A DNA stretch of 64,000 bases from Candidatus Thorarchaeota archaeon (lineage in GTDB: Archaea; Asgardarchaeota; Thorarchaeia; Thorarchaeales; Thorarchaeaceae): contig JBHLQM010000001.1 in NCBI GenBank assembly GCA_048884785.1, positions 18,476 through 82,475 of the forward strand. Reading direction: 5' to 3'. Positions within the stretch are counted from its first letter, which is position 1; each line of letters starts with the position of its first letter. The position numbers and the translations under genes are program-made. This document shows, piece after piece, positions 30,401 through 39,886 of this stretch. The notes below the pieces were generated by a model that was given only the letters and a program-made list of their open reading frames with translations, ran no database searches and was not told the DNA's origin.

Positions 30401-31053
30401 TCTGAAGTTTCAATGAATTCACATTCTTCAAAATTGGGGATTATAAGTGGCAATCCTTCTGTAATGTCAGGAGGTGCATCTTGCTCGAATTCTGCCAGTG
30501 TGGAATTGATTATCCATCCATCACCACGGATTAGGGGAGGATTGACAGGAGGATCGCGGTTTCTAGCAGGATACGCCAGATAGCCAAAGAACAGGCTACA
30601 CTCCCATGCCGTATGAGGAGAAGGCTCTGTGACCTGTTCGGAATGACTAAGAGTAAGCGAAATATAGCTTGCATTTCGACCAGGTGTAATCATGCTCTTA
30701 GGAACCGTAATAGTGACGAGGAAGGGCTGTTCTAACATCAGAAAATGTGAAGGTATGGCTCTTGTCCGGCTTGCCAATGAAGTGCCATTAAGATACGTGA
30801 TATCAAATTCAATCTTGGGTCCAAAGAGCCACTCAGATTGACCCCCAGTCCATTCATGACTCGTTGAAGGACTGCTTTTTGCCCATGACACAGTATAGGT
30901 ATCAGGAAAACCTGGCACCTGTGCTGCGACCGGTGTCAAGACAAAGGATACTGTAGAAATTATCACCAAAAAGCTCAGGAAGACTGAGAAGAATCTCTTA
31001 TCATACCTAGTATGAACTAAATGATTAACCACAATATTCTCTCCCACTCTCAA
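27442..31053 (-). CDS. Large secreted, C-terminally membrane-anchored surface glycoprotein (1203 aa)
   Basis: N-terminal hydrophobic signal ending VAA|Q; many N-x-S/T sequons; Dx[DN]xDG-like motifs (DLDGN, DLNEDG); C-terminal TM followed by RRR. Confidence 0.85.
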   Translation of the reverse strand: MRVGENIVVNHLVHTRYDKRFFSVFLSFLVIISTVSFVLTPVAAQVPGFPDTYTVSWAKSSPSTSHEWTGGQSEWLFGPKIEFDITYLNGTSLASRTRAIPSHFLMLEQPFLVTITVPKSMITPGRNASYISLTLSHSEQVTEPSPHTAWECSLFFGYLAYPARNRDPPVNPPLIRGDGWIINSTLAEFEQDAPPDITEGLPLIIPNFEECEFIETSDNYVVRIQASLNPIFDLAGTYEIYSVVYDTKGMSLGESDIRGHIVLLEPTMEGIGTLSPFIAYLTDMDDQSTPSILPGTDVKIHIDMGSFENYDNVTIFIHPPVDYGWWDNLSLNTQDIDYKKEMIITEGYYRNQTSETWQTGPHPAYSPYGPSLADSRPTRAVKLTYDIEANEFDICEGYYYWVFNSQTLSENFSARLSIELQGESNFYVLNEAMSKVVDGTNIEFVLKIPFLANCSVGNYQFEAVAYTSEGEDVYEMHNYGSTYWIRVWDKGFSVPSLNTVTSVIMKNMMDSSSRWILPGRYYSPIINITGDDAFRNAIRSRITNVTILLEKPRTWQNWHDEDFYYNMASRFRIYLIHNSIEDTTFIEAYNSTILYRIDLETYEETYTYLNEKINASEFAGLGDNQFSVQDDSIAHTLVLAYNLTLKETVPNGLYNWEVLFFNESLSLEYEFDYETVYPNSQRVLIGYVSDYSDMYATEQRWMTDPITRALDLDGNNATTSDRYYVNHIYTSSNSFTTTGEILTVNVTWGSYSMTSVFGEMSYTWHHEWEDLYVWMYAENKSVVSPQVFDKINRTIWDTDGVVIPEYYQLAGLTSNHTWADTVAENSAYDWWSEDRTFKWLVVSFIEDFYTEVNGEYSGVDLSLFFSGILLFEDLNEDGILNVNFEDGIAVAEELTHFFILEETESLVFMTPEPSDSGEIQLALDDTPSWGFTAEGINGTTYPASASGGEVSGVAWWWQDCYGIQSPSGNFTQVPSKVRIDDMSFISHFGISDEVQGDVTTQDLGMVRIKVDESVGDWSIYGQPLSALFNYSLALTFQTTTGLETHTMTTYEGAQISDDATSFKADRFSLSANIPGSSPFATMQMGGYDYTWGKDDGIYTMHSSTVPLSAFALMYSTSEMTDDDTMTVSSCTYIGTYYIMTSCFENWDGYSVATDPQFNVFVVAPPGGLPWSLIFGGAALAIGLPVVGIIVCRRRQYEATTTSA

Positions 31054-31312
31054 CTCGCTAACACATTTACTCGAGAGCGCATATTAATGCAATAGTTTGC
31101 TAATTAACTTTCTTTTTTATAGGTTAAACGAGCGTATGTACATAATGCCAATCTCTTTGATTGTGGTAAGATTCGATATGGAGAATTCTCTGCGTGCTTT
31201 ACTCATATGAATGGAATTCTATTTGGATGACTAGCCACTCGCTAATAGGAAGTACATAGTTCTGAATGCAATACTTAACACAGTAGTTAAGGTTGAAAAG
31301 ACAACTGGCTTG

Positions 31313-32326
31313 TCAACTCTTCATTGCCTCTTCCTCACGTTTCAGTCGCTCTTTCTCTAGCTCTTTCAAACGCTTCTCTTTTGCATCTTCTACTTTCTTG
31401 ATTCGCTTATCTACCTCATTTAGGCGCTTCTCTGCATTCGATAGTTCCTTTTTCCTTCGGTTTTCTGCATTCTTGTATTCCTTATCTGCATCACTGAACT
31501 CCTGCTTTGCAAGCTTCAATTCCCGTTCGATACTCTCTGTGCGAGCTCTCTTGGTTTCAGCAACACCTCGATAGCGGTCGACTTCTTCATCAAGACGTAC
31601 ACGTAATTTATCGAGCTCTTTTTGCAGCTGTTCGCGTTCAATCTCCATTGCCTTGCGATCTGAATCCATCTGTCGGACTTTCTCATCCCTAGAAGGATCA
31701 TCCATCTTTACTGAAATGGCAGGTTTGGGAGGTGGGACGACAGGTTCTTCGATTATTGGTACTTCAGGAGGAGCGAATTCTTCCTCTTCGGGTGGCTCTT
31801 CCATCGTTGCCTCAACATCCTCCTCATACATAGCGGACTCTGACGTCTCAACAGGAATCTCCTCTTCAGGTTGCTCTTCGATAGATTCAGGTGGCTGAAC
31901 TACTTCGCTCTTAGCCCGAGCTTCAGCCTCTTTCACTCTCTCTAGGATTGATTGAACCACTTCCTTACCTTCTTGGTATTCCTTTTGCTGCAGTATCGGA
32001 GGTTCTGGTTCTTCTTCTGCAGAAGTCATTTCGGCTGCTTCAAGAATCTCCGGTTCAGTATCTGCGGTTGCAAGGCTATCAAAAGATACATCTCCTAGGC
32101 TAACAGGCTCCTTTTCGCTAATCTCAATGGGCTCTTCCGGAACTTCCTCCTCGGGCTCTTCTGGTTCTTTTAGGTGTGCTCCCGTAACCACTCTTCCTAG
32201 TTCTGGAATTGGTGCAGATGGTTTGGGCTTGGCCTCTCCAGCCGCCTTTAGCAGAGATGCTCCACATCGGGTACAGTATTTTCGAATCACATCATTTGCT
32301 TTCCCACATTCTGGACACGTTCTCAA
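31313..32326 (-). CDS. Zinc-ribbon / Glu-Pro-rich linker / coiled-coil protein
   Basis: CPEC...CTRC N-terminus, low-complexity EEP region, about 120-aa charged coiled-coil C-terminus. Confidence 0.85.
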   Translation of the reverse strand: MRTCPECGKANDVIRKYCTRCGASLLKAAGEAKPKPSAPIPELGRVVTGAHLKEPEEPEEEVPEEPIEISEKEPVSLGDVSFDSLATADTEPEILEAAEMTSAEEEPEPPILQQKEYQEGKEVVQSILERVKEAEARAKSEVVQPPESIEEQPEEEIPVETSESAMYEEDVEATMEEPPEEEEFAPPEVPIIEEPVVPPPKPAISVKMDDPSRDEKVRQMDSDRKAMEIEREQLQKELDKLRVRLDEEVDRYRGVAETKRARTESIERELKLAKQEFSDADKEYKNAENRRKKELSNAEKRLNEVDKRIKKVEDAKEKRLKELEKERLKREEEAMKS

Positions 32327-32568
32327 TTCAATTATCTCCTTCGTCCCTGAGTAATGCCATATTTTAGAATCATTATTAGATATACATTTGGCGTATCATA
32401 TCAAGACCTAGTAGCACGATAGATTAGCAGCAAAAAGCCGGAAGAATGCTTGGTCCCTCTATGACTGAATCAATTTTCTATGAATAGAGATTGGACAGAA
32501 AGATAAAGAAAGAGGTTGTATTTCAGGTGTATCTGTAAAGAAGCAATTCTGTTTCAGGGGCACTAATA

Positions 32569-33441
32569 ATGAATAATGAAGCACCCATATTAGATCGTAG
32601 GTTTGTAGGCAGGGAATATGTGACTGCCAATCAAGAAGCAAGGGCAGAGGATATGATTCGCTATGCTCGCGCTACAAACGAAAACAATCCGCTATACTAC
32701 GATATGGATCACGTCAACAATCTGCTACATCCTCCTCTCTATCCGGTTGTCTTTCTGCCAGATATTTTGCGACAGCTCGTTGATGATGCTGAAGAGATGA
32801 ATCTTGACATCCTTCGAGTTGTTCACGCTGAACAGGAGATGTGGTGGAGGAAGCAAATCCATCCAAATGAGGATATTATTACTCATGCCAAGATTGTAAA
32901 CATCGAACAACGAGGGTCAAATGAGATACTAGAGTTGCACATACGGTGTAATCACGATGATACAACAGCAGTGGAAATGCAGTACCGATTATTGATGCGC
33001 GGCAGAGGGAGAGGGAGTAGTGACTCGCCTCCACAAAGAGAAGAGTCTAGTCATCATCCCGAGATCATATCTCGACACTCAATGAAAGTGGCAGAAGATC
33101 AAGGAAAAAGATATGCAGAGGCCTCTGGAGACCACAATCCAATTCATATCAGTGATGAAATTGCCAAGAGTGTTGGTCTGCCAAGAGCTATTCTTCACGG
33201 ATTATGCACAATGGCGTTTGCATCTCAGGCAATAGTTGAGGAGCTATTGGATAGAGACCCTACCCGGCTGAAGTACATGAGCGTACGGTTCTCAAAGCCA
33301 GTACTCATGGGCGAAACCTTGACAACCGAACTGTTCGATATGAAAACTGACAAAGAAGGAATGTGTACGGTTCATTTTGAAACCAAGAATCCTTCAGGAA
33401 TCTCAGTACTAACGCGTGGCAAGGCAGAATTCGCAACATAA
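32569..33441 (+). CDS. Double hot-dog MaoC / (R)-specific enoyl-CoA hydratase 2-like protein
   Basis: YAEASGDHNPIH...AILHGLCT hydratase-2 motif plus an N-terminal MaoC-like half. Confidence 0.88.
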   Translation: MNNEAPILDRRFVGREYVTANQEARAEDMIRYARATNENNPLYYDMDHVNNLLHPPLYPVVFLPDILRQLVDDAEEMNLDILRVVHAEQEMWWRKQIHPNEDIITHAKIVNIEQRGSNEILELHIRCNHDDTTAVEMQYRLLMRGRGRGSSDSPPQREESSHHPEIISRHSMKVAEDQGKRYAEASGDHNPIHISDEIAKSVGLPRAILHGLCTMAFASQAIVEELLDRDPTRLKYMSVRFSKPVLMGETLTTELFDMKTDKEGMCTVHFETKNPSGISVLTRGKAEFAT

Positions 33442-33522
33442 TGCAGCTTCTCTCAATCACGGGAGACCCTGAGAAACCGGTGCCTTTCTGACGTAAAAGT
33501 CTGGATTTATATAGACTTCATT

Positions 33523-35517
33523 TTGGTAGGTCTGAATATGACAGAGGAAGGAGTTATCCGCACTCTGAATTGGAGTATCGATTCAGAATCTATACAATCC
33601 ATTACAGATGATGCAATAGCCAATGCAAAGAAAGCTCTGGATGAAATTGCCACAACTCCTGAAGGAGACGAGAGTATATCGACTCTGCAGGAGTTTGAAG
33701 AGATACTTGCACATGTGAGGGAAGTAATTTCGCCATTGACCTTTCTGAAGTATGTTTCAACTAATGCGGCACAAAGAGATGCAGCTCATAATGCTGAGCA
33801 GGACATCCTGAAGTTCATTAATGAGGTCTGGAGCATGAAGGCGGTCTACGAAGTGCTTGCTAGAATTGAGGGATTAGAGGAATCTATGGGGCCTGAGGAA
33901 AGAAGCCTCCTGACAAAAACCCTTAGGGATTTTCGACATAGTGGCGCAGCACTTGACGACGATGTGCGAATGGAGTTTCTTGAGATTGCCAATAACATCT
34001 CCGTTCGAGAGTCAGATTTCAATAAGGTCCTAAATGAAATCACTACAAAGGTGAAATGTACAAAGAAAGAGCTTGAAGGAGTTCCTCCTGAAGTATACGA
34101 GAGTCTTGAGATGGAGGACGAATCATACCTCTGCACTCTCGATTATCCCATTTATGTTCCAATAAGACAATATGCCAAGAATCCAGAAACACGGAGAAGG
34201 ATGCTGATTGCATTTGAGCAAAGAGGAGGAAGGGAGAATAGTGAACGCCTTTCTGACACGTTGGCATTGCGAGATAGACAAGCCAAACTTCTGAATCACC
34301 CCACTTTCGCCGCATACGAAATCAGTAGGAAAATGGCGAAGAAACCAGATAGGGTTATTGAATTCTTGGCTGAACTCAGAGAGAAGCTCACTCCCATAGG
34401 CAGAAAGGAGATGGATGTCCTAAAAGAATTGAAAGCCCGGGAGTTGGGACAAAATCCTGAAGACGTGACTCTAGAGCTCCATGATTTATGGTATTATCAT
34501 GAAATGCTCATGCGAGAGAAATACGCAGTTGATCAAAATGAAGTTAAGAAATACTTTCCAATGGATCTAGTTGTCAAGGGTGTTCTCGATGTTTATCAAA
34601 AAGTTCTGAATCTAGAATTCAGACAGATAGTTGATGCAAATGTTTGGCATGAAGATGTTACAGCATACGAGGTTTTTGACACAATAACAGGCTCAAAAAT
34701 GGGGATGTTCTATCTGGACCTATACCCGAGAGTTGGGAAGTTCAAACATTATGCTGTTTCAAATATCCTGGAACGTAGGGAAAAGAATGGTATTGTACTC
34801 CTGCCAATAACCTCTATGCTGGCGAACTTTCAAAAACCTACTCCAAAACAACCTTCACTTCTTACCCATCCAGAGGTAATTACATTCTTTCACGAATTTG
34901 GCCACCTAATGCATGTTGTGACAAACAAGACTAGATATGCTCGATTTGGCTTAGATGGCGTTCTTCCAGATTTCATAGAAGTGCCGTCTCAGATGCTTGA
35001 GAATTGGGCATGGAAAGAAGAAGTACTCACGTACGTATCGGGACACTATGAAGATACAGCGAAGAAACTGCCATCAGAACTGCTGAAGAAGATGCTTGAA
35101 GCCAAGTTGCTTAATGAAGCCATTTTTCAGCTCCGGCAAATATTCTTTGGCACCTTGGACATGAGTTATCACACAAATGCCCCTGAAGATACCACCACAG
35201 AATATCATAGGTTATTCAAGGAGATACTAGGTTTTTCAATGCCAAAAGAGACCGTTCCTGAAGCGAGTTTTGGGCATCTTATGGGAGGATATCAGGCTGG
35301 CTACTATAGCTATCTTTGGTCGAAGGTCTATGCTGAAGATCTTTTCACTAAATTCGAGGAAGCTGGATTCATGGATGAAAAAACTGGTTTGGAGTACCGT
35401 GAGAAAATCCTAGCTCCTGGAGGGAGCAGAGACCCTGATGAAATGGTTCGCGATTTCCTGGGGCGTGAATCAAATAACGAGGCATTCATGAGAGCTCTTG
35501 GGATTACTAAGGAGTAG
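33523..35517 (+). CDS. M3A metallopeptidase (thimet oligopeptidase/neurolysin-like)
   Basis: HEFGH zincin motif, DFIEVPSQMLENW, FGHLMGGYQAGYYSYLW. Confidence 0.94.
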   Translation: MVGLNMTEEGVIRTLNWSIDSESIQSITDDAIANAKKALDEIATTPEGDESISTLQEFEEILAHVREVISPLTFLKYVSTNAAQRDAAHNAEQDILKFINEVWSMKAVYEVLARIEGLEESMGPEERSLLTKTLRDFRHSGAALDDDVRMEFLEIANNISVRESDFNKVLNEITTKVKCTKKELEGVPPEVYESLEMEDESYLCTLDYPIYVPIRQYAKNPETRRRMLIAFEQRGGRENSERLSDTLALRDRQAKLLNHPTFAAYEISRKMAKKPDRVIEFLAELREKLTPIGRKEMDVLKELKARELGQNPEDVTLELHDLWYYHEMLMREKYAVDQNEVKKYFPMDLVVKGVLDVYQKVLNLEFRQIVDANVWHEDVTAYEVFDTITGSKMGMFYLDLYPRVGKFKHYAVSNILERREKNGIVLLPITSMLANFQKPTPKQPSLLTHPEVITFFHEFGHLMHVVTNKTRYARFGLDGVLPDFIEVPSQMLENWAWKEEVLTYVSGHYEDTAKKLPSELLKKMLEAKLLNEAIFQLRQIFFGTLDMSYHTNAPEDTTTEYHRLFKEILGFSMPKETVPEASFGHLMGGYQAGYYSYLWSKVYAEDLFTKFEEAGFMDEKTGLEYREKILAPGGSRDPDEMVRDFLGRESNNEAFMRALGITKE

Positions 35518-35555
35518 AAGAGCCTGATGTTTCAAGTCAGAGGTAGGTGTCATAG

Positions 35556-35714
35556 CTAAATTCGCTTGATTCCACCTCTGATTTTTGCCCCACAACTTTT
35601 GCACACTGCAGTGAGCGGACCTATCCAGGTAAGTGTCCTTTCATCGAGACGGACTCCGCATTCATGACATTCACTCGGGACTTGTATTGATAGTATTCCA
35701 GTTAAATCTGACAA
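35556..35714 (-). CDS. 52-aa zinc-ribbon micro-protein (not in ORF track)
   Basis: TTG start; MSDLTGILSIQVPSECHECGVRLDERTLTWIGPLTAVCKSCGAKIRGGIKRI with CxxCG...CxxCG; AT-rich TATA-like tract upstream. Confidence 0.75.
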   Translation of the reverse strand: MSDLTGILSIQVPSECHECGVRLDERTLTWIGPLTAVCKSCGAKIRGGIKRI

Positions 35715-35864
35715 ATCTATTTCCCTACAGGAAGTGAAAGATATTGATTATAATAAATGAATGAGTTTCCATGAAGCAATCAAGTTACCTTTCGGATAGT
35801 TGGCTAGAATTTCAGGAAAGTGAAACAGGTTACAATGTTTTAAGGATGAAATTAGCATTCTTGA

Positions 35865-36824
35865 ATGATGAAGAATAAACCAATCGAGTACATCTTTGAC
35901 TCCTCCTTTGAGGAATTTCAAGAAGCAGTGGCATCCGAAATTTCATTTAAGGGAGCTGTTTCTTTGGCTCCTCAGCTGCTGGGCGGTTGGTCCTCTCTTA
36001 ATTTCCTGGGGTATGAAGATGGGATTCCCAAATTCGTTGTCAAAATGCCCTCCATATTATATCGGTATGATTATGGGAAGATCTCTTCAATACATGACAC
36101 ACTATCAGAATTCGAGATATGCCCGGCTATACTGGGCAGAGGGGAAATTGGAATAGAAAAAAGAATTCCCTTTCTTGTCCTTGAGTATATTGAGGGAAAA
36201 GTGTGTACACATCCAAAAGAAATCAATAAACGCCGATTTAGTCAGTTGAGTCAAACATTAGAAACATTAGGCCAAATCGATATTCCCTCCCTTTACAGGC
36301 ACGATGGCTCCATTCAATACTTCAAGTACCTAACAAAGCCATTAATACAAAAGACCAACGATTGGAAGAAGGAGCCACAAACCAGATTTGTGATGTTTCT
36401 TGAAAAGTTCCTATCAAATCTCAGTAGAGTGAAAGACAGCATCAGAAACATTCAGTGGGATTCAGCAACCATTCATGGAGATTTGAGTGAGGGGAATATC
36501 GTTTTCCAAAGCAATAAGGCAGTGCTCTTGGATTTAGAGGAATGCTGCGTCGCAGAGAAGTTCTATGACATCGTATACCTCGCCGCACAATCATTTGATA
36601 GTGAGGGAAGTAGATTATATTTTTTTGAGAGAAAGAAAATCTCAAAGGATCATTGGCAAGAACTTGAGATTATGGCTTTGACTAGCGTCATTTCATGGAG
36701 CTTCAGATGGCTCACGGAATGGTACCTTGGGCGAATTGAGCCAAATATCGCAGCTCGTGTTGATACTGGAAATGTACTAGATTATATTGAGAAGAAGATG
36801 ACAAGGTTGTTTGCGTATCTTTGA
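35865..36824 (+). CDS. APH/choline kinase-like phosphotransferase
   Basis: FVVK, LVLEYIEG, Brenner motif HGDLSEGNI, LLDLE. Confidence 0.82.
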   Translation: MMKNKPIEYIFDSSFEEFQEAVASEISFKGAVSLAPQLLGGWSSLNFLGYEDGIPKFVVKMPSILYRYDYGKISSIHDTLSEFEICPAILGRGEIGIEKRIPFLVLEYIEGKVCTHPKEINKRRFSQLSQTLETLGQIDIPSLYRHDGSIQYFKYLTKPLIQKTNDWKKEPQTRFVMFLEKFLSNLSRVKDSIRNIQWDSATIHGDLSEGNIVFQSNKAVLLDLEECCVAEKFYDIVYLAAQSFDSEGSRLYFFERKKISKDHWQELEIMALTSVISWSFRWLTEWYLGRIEPNIAARVDTGNVLDYIEKKMTRLFAYL

Positions 36825-36909
36825 AACAATAATCCAGATTGCATTAGATCACTGCTTAAAGGTCAAATACATATTTTAGAAATGCTAGAGACAGTTCCTT
36901 TTTATTGCA

Positions 36910-37164
36910 TTGCATGGAACGCAGCTCATGGAGCCAGGAATGCTTGTCCTATTTGTTGCATTTGGGATGATTATTTTAGTTCTGTTAATTGGTGGGAGAA
37001 CGAACAATCGAAAACGTGACGATGTTGAAAACTCATTTTCTCCTCCTTCTGCATTGAAGATGGTGGTTTACGCGCGCCCTGCATGCGCAGAGGCGGTTGG
37101 TGTATACAAAACTCATAGTGATCGACAGATCTTGAGAAAAGCATCGCCATGCCAAAAAGGATAA
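36910..37164 (+). CDS. Small hypothetical membrane protein (possibly degenerate)
   Basis: N-terminal hydrophobic helix followed by a basic stretch; C-terminal half unconvincing. Confidence 0.4.
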   Translation: MHGTQLMEPGMLVLFVAFGMIILVLLIGGRTNNRKRDDVENSFSPPSALKMVVYARPACAEAVGVYKTHSDRQILRKASPCQKG

Positions 37165-37167
37165 CAC

Positions 37168-37680
37168 TCACTTGGATCCCGTTCGCCATCGTATCAAAGC
37201 TTCGCAGGCATCTTGTCTTCTGCACCCATAATAAGTGTAGTCTGGGCAAGAAACACATGGCGAGGTCATATGGGAAGTGATGCGCGGTACCGCCTCACTC
37301 TTTCGAAGGCTATCAATTTGCTTCGTCTTCTCAAGCTGCTCGTAGAGCTGTTCGGACTCAACACTTTCGGGGTATTCCACTCCAAGCCTGCGTAGGACTT
37401 CTGGGTCCACAACATCATGACCAAGCTTATTCAACACCAACGCAAGCTCTGCCCAAAACATGAGAGGAGTCGGATTAAGTGTCACTGCTCGTCGAAGTGC
37501 TCGCTCAGCTTCAATGAGCTTCCCGGCCTTTCTCAGCTGGCATCCTAGTACGAACCAAGTATGAGAGTCATTGGGAAATGCGGCTAAACGCGTCCTAAGA
37601 TTCTGCTCCATAATATGATCAATTGAGTTGTGCGGAGGCCTCTGTTCTGATGCGTTTTTATCTGTATCATTTCCCTGCAA
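37168..37680 (-). CDS. TPR-containing protein with C-terminal four-Cys cluster
   Basis: WFVLGCQLRKAGKLIEAERALRRAVTLNP TPR; CVSCPDYTYYGCRRQDAC; GGAGG SD. Confidence 0.78.
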   Translation of the reverse strand: MQGNDTDKNASEQRPPHNSIDHIMEQNLRTRLAAFPNDSHTWFVLGCQLRKAGKLIEAERALRRAVTLNPTPLMFWAELALVLNKLGHDVVDPEVLRRLGVEYPESVESEQLYEQLEKTKQIDSLRKSEAVPRITSHMTSPCVSCPDYTYYGCRRQDACEALIRWRTGSK

Positions 37681-37794
37681 GCGTGTGTCCTCCCGGCGGA
37701 CAAAGCAGACCCATTTCTCTGCACATAGAGGAAATAGTATTCCAGTTATATACAGTTGTGGTATGAATCTTTTTCGAAGGTAAACCGCGCCATA

Positions 37795-38046
37795 TCAGAT
37801 TGCAAACACTTTGTCGTTCTCTCGGACTCGATCAGCCACCTTTATGGCTATCTCTTGCCCAGGTCCTGCCTCTGCAATATCCTTTCTGTTCACCTGCATT
37901 GAGGCGACTTTTTGTTCAAAGCTTGTGGTGCCTCCCTCAATGCTTATTGTCTGACCCACTTTAAGGGGATGACTTAGCTTGATGGCTGCAACACCAATTT
38001 TACCGAAATATCGAGTGACCACTCCAATCTGTTTTTTGTCGCTCAT
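37795..38046 (-). CDS. Small translation-factor-like beta-barrel protein (U32 peptidase C-terminal-like)
   Basis: IGVVTRYFGKIGVAAIKL...LKVG...SMQV...AGPGQEIAIKVADRVREND. Confidence 0.8.
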   Translation of the reverse strand: MSDKKQIGVVTRYFGKIGVAAIKLSHPLKVGQTISIEGGTTSFEQKVASMQVNRKDIAEAGPGQEIAIKVADRVRENDKVFAI

Positions 38047-38109
38047 GTGCGAACACCTTTAATTTCTATGAGCATTTTGACTCAAAAGGTATATGGCTTC
38101 TGATAAATC

Positions 38110-38481
38110 TCACGGGGATGCCCCTATCTCACTTATTACAATTCTTGCGGCATTCAGCAACAAAGCCCAAGCCCCAATAGTATCTTCAGCATCCTCGAGA
38201 GAACGATGAACCACTACACCTCTACCATTCAGGTCATATTCAGCAGTCCAGCCCGACATTGCCGCGATTGTGAATAGATGATGGCAATCACTGTTGGTGT
38301 TCGCACTGATACCCATCCTAGGTTTCCACAGCAAGTTGGAGCTGATGCTCTCGTGGTCAAATCCGGTTCGCACATCAAAAGGGATAATTCCAATTTGGCC
38401 AAGCTCTCGTATTATTTCTGAAACTGCAACCATTCCCTCGGATAGATATCCGTTAGCTTTCAGCTCGTCGGCTTCTGACAA
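38110..38481 (-). CDS. Hypothetical protein
   Basis: 123-aa ORF, TTG start after AGGAG SD, co-oriented with the downstream gene. Confidence 0.6.
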   Translation of the reverse strand: MSEADELKANGYLSEGMVAVSEIIRELGQIGIIPFDVRTGFDHESISSNLLWKPRMGISANTNSDCHHLFTIAAMSGWTAEYDLNGRGVVVHRSLEDAEDTIGAWALLLNAARIVISEIGASP

Positions 38482-38740
38482 TGCCTTTTCGTCTCCTTCT
38501 CTTACTCAACTCACTTCCAAGGTGCAATCAAACACCTTCATCAGCTACATAGAGAACCAACACAATAGACACTTCTGTTCAAATAGAAGGGAGTTATCCA
38601 ATAATATAGATAATAATAGAGCATTTAGGGAACTATATGCAATATTATGAGGTTAATAATGGCTTATAATTGTGAAAATGTGATTTTATAAAGTCGAAAA
38701 GCCCACATGCACTTCGGGGTTGGTGCAGTGAGCCTGCAAT

Positions 38741-39775
38741 CTATACCTGACTCGTTCGAACTGCTGATATTTTGCCGACAAGTCCGGCTACCCAGAGGAG
38801 TATAGGACCTGCAAGAAGGCCTCCCCAGACGAAGAGAGATATCACTCCAAGAACCAGTATTCTGATTGCGGAGGAGGTCTCTAGATTGCCTTCCGAATAC
38901 CGAAATGCTTTGAAAGCAAAGTAGCCTGTAAGGACCGGCATGAGACCAAAGAGCATCGTGATTATAATTTGGAAATCAATTGGTACTTGAAGTGCAGCAA
39001 GAATCATCTGGAAGAAGATTGAGATACCACTGCCAATAATAAGAAATGAGGCAATTGATCCAAGCCACATCACTGGACTCTTCTTGTTAATTGTGACGAA
39101 TCGCTTGTTTAGGATTAGTAGAATTCCGATTGCCACCGTGAGAACTATGGGAGTTAGAATCAGTAGGAGATTTTGTCCCTCCCAGAGGTGAATCGAAATC
39201 ACGTTTATCGGCACCATTATCCATTCATCTAATGAGAATTCCTCTCTATAACCCAAGGTAATCGAATACCTACCTCCGGTATTTGGTTCATATACAACAA
39301 GATAGTATTCGCCACTCGCCTGAAGAGTCGTATCGACGTCCAGGACTACTAGGAATGCCGAGGGAGTGAAACCTTCGTAAACCGCAATGGCATCATCTGG
39401 GATGAAGAGCGATGCCTCCGAGCCAGAGGGGATTTCAACATATGATGGCACAGTATCGTTCATACCCAAATCAGGTCCAATCAAGACTACTGTGGGACGG
39501 AATGCTGAACTCAAGTACTCCATTGGTAGATTTAGTGTCATTCGAAGACGCATTCCGTCTGGTGCTTCAAATGAGAAATACTGAGGCTCCTCGTTTTCCT
39601 GCAGCTCTGAATAAATCACTAAGGATTTCGTAGGATCCATTATTTCGATTGCTGTTTCAGGTGTACTTCCAGGTTCGCCTACAACTGGAACATGTGCTGA
39701 AACAAATCCCATAACAAGCAAAGATGATATGACAGCTGCTAGGATTACTAAATAGCGGGAGTTCATAAAAACCAC
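38741..39775 (-). CDS. Membrane protein with extracellular beta-sandwich (PPC-like) domain and C-terminal TM bundle
   Basis: Signal peptide VSA|HVP; PQYFSFEA and GEYYLVV...GRYSITLG pattern; 4 or more C-terminal TM helices. Confidence 0.8.
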   Translation of the reverse strand: MVFMNSRYLVILAAVISSLLVMGFVSAHVPVVGEPGSTPETAIEIMDPTKSLVIYSELQENEEPQYFSFEAPDGMRLRMTLNLPMEYLSSAFRPTVVLIGPDLGMNDTVPSYVEIPSGSEASLFIPDDAIAVYEGFTPSAFLVVLDVDTTLQASGEYYLVVYEPNTGGRYSITLGYREEFSLDEWIMVPINVISIHLWEGQNLLLILTPIVLTVAIGILLILNKRFVTINKKSPVMWLGSIASFLIIGSGISIFFQMILAALQVPIDFQIIITMLFGLMPVLTGYFAFKAFRYSEGNLETSSAIRILVLGVISLFVWGGLLAGPILLWVAGLVGKISAVRTSQV

Positions 39776-39886
39776 GTCACGTATATATAATTAACAATTG
39801 TGAATGTCTGTACATATAAGGTATGCGAAATAGGTCGGCTTGCGTCACCGGTGTGCCTGTTTAGCAGATCTATGATTATCGTTCCT

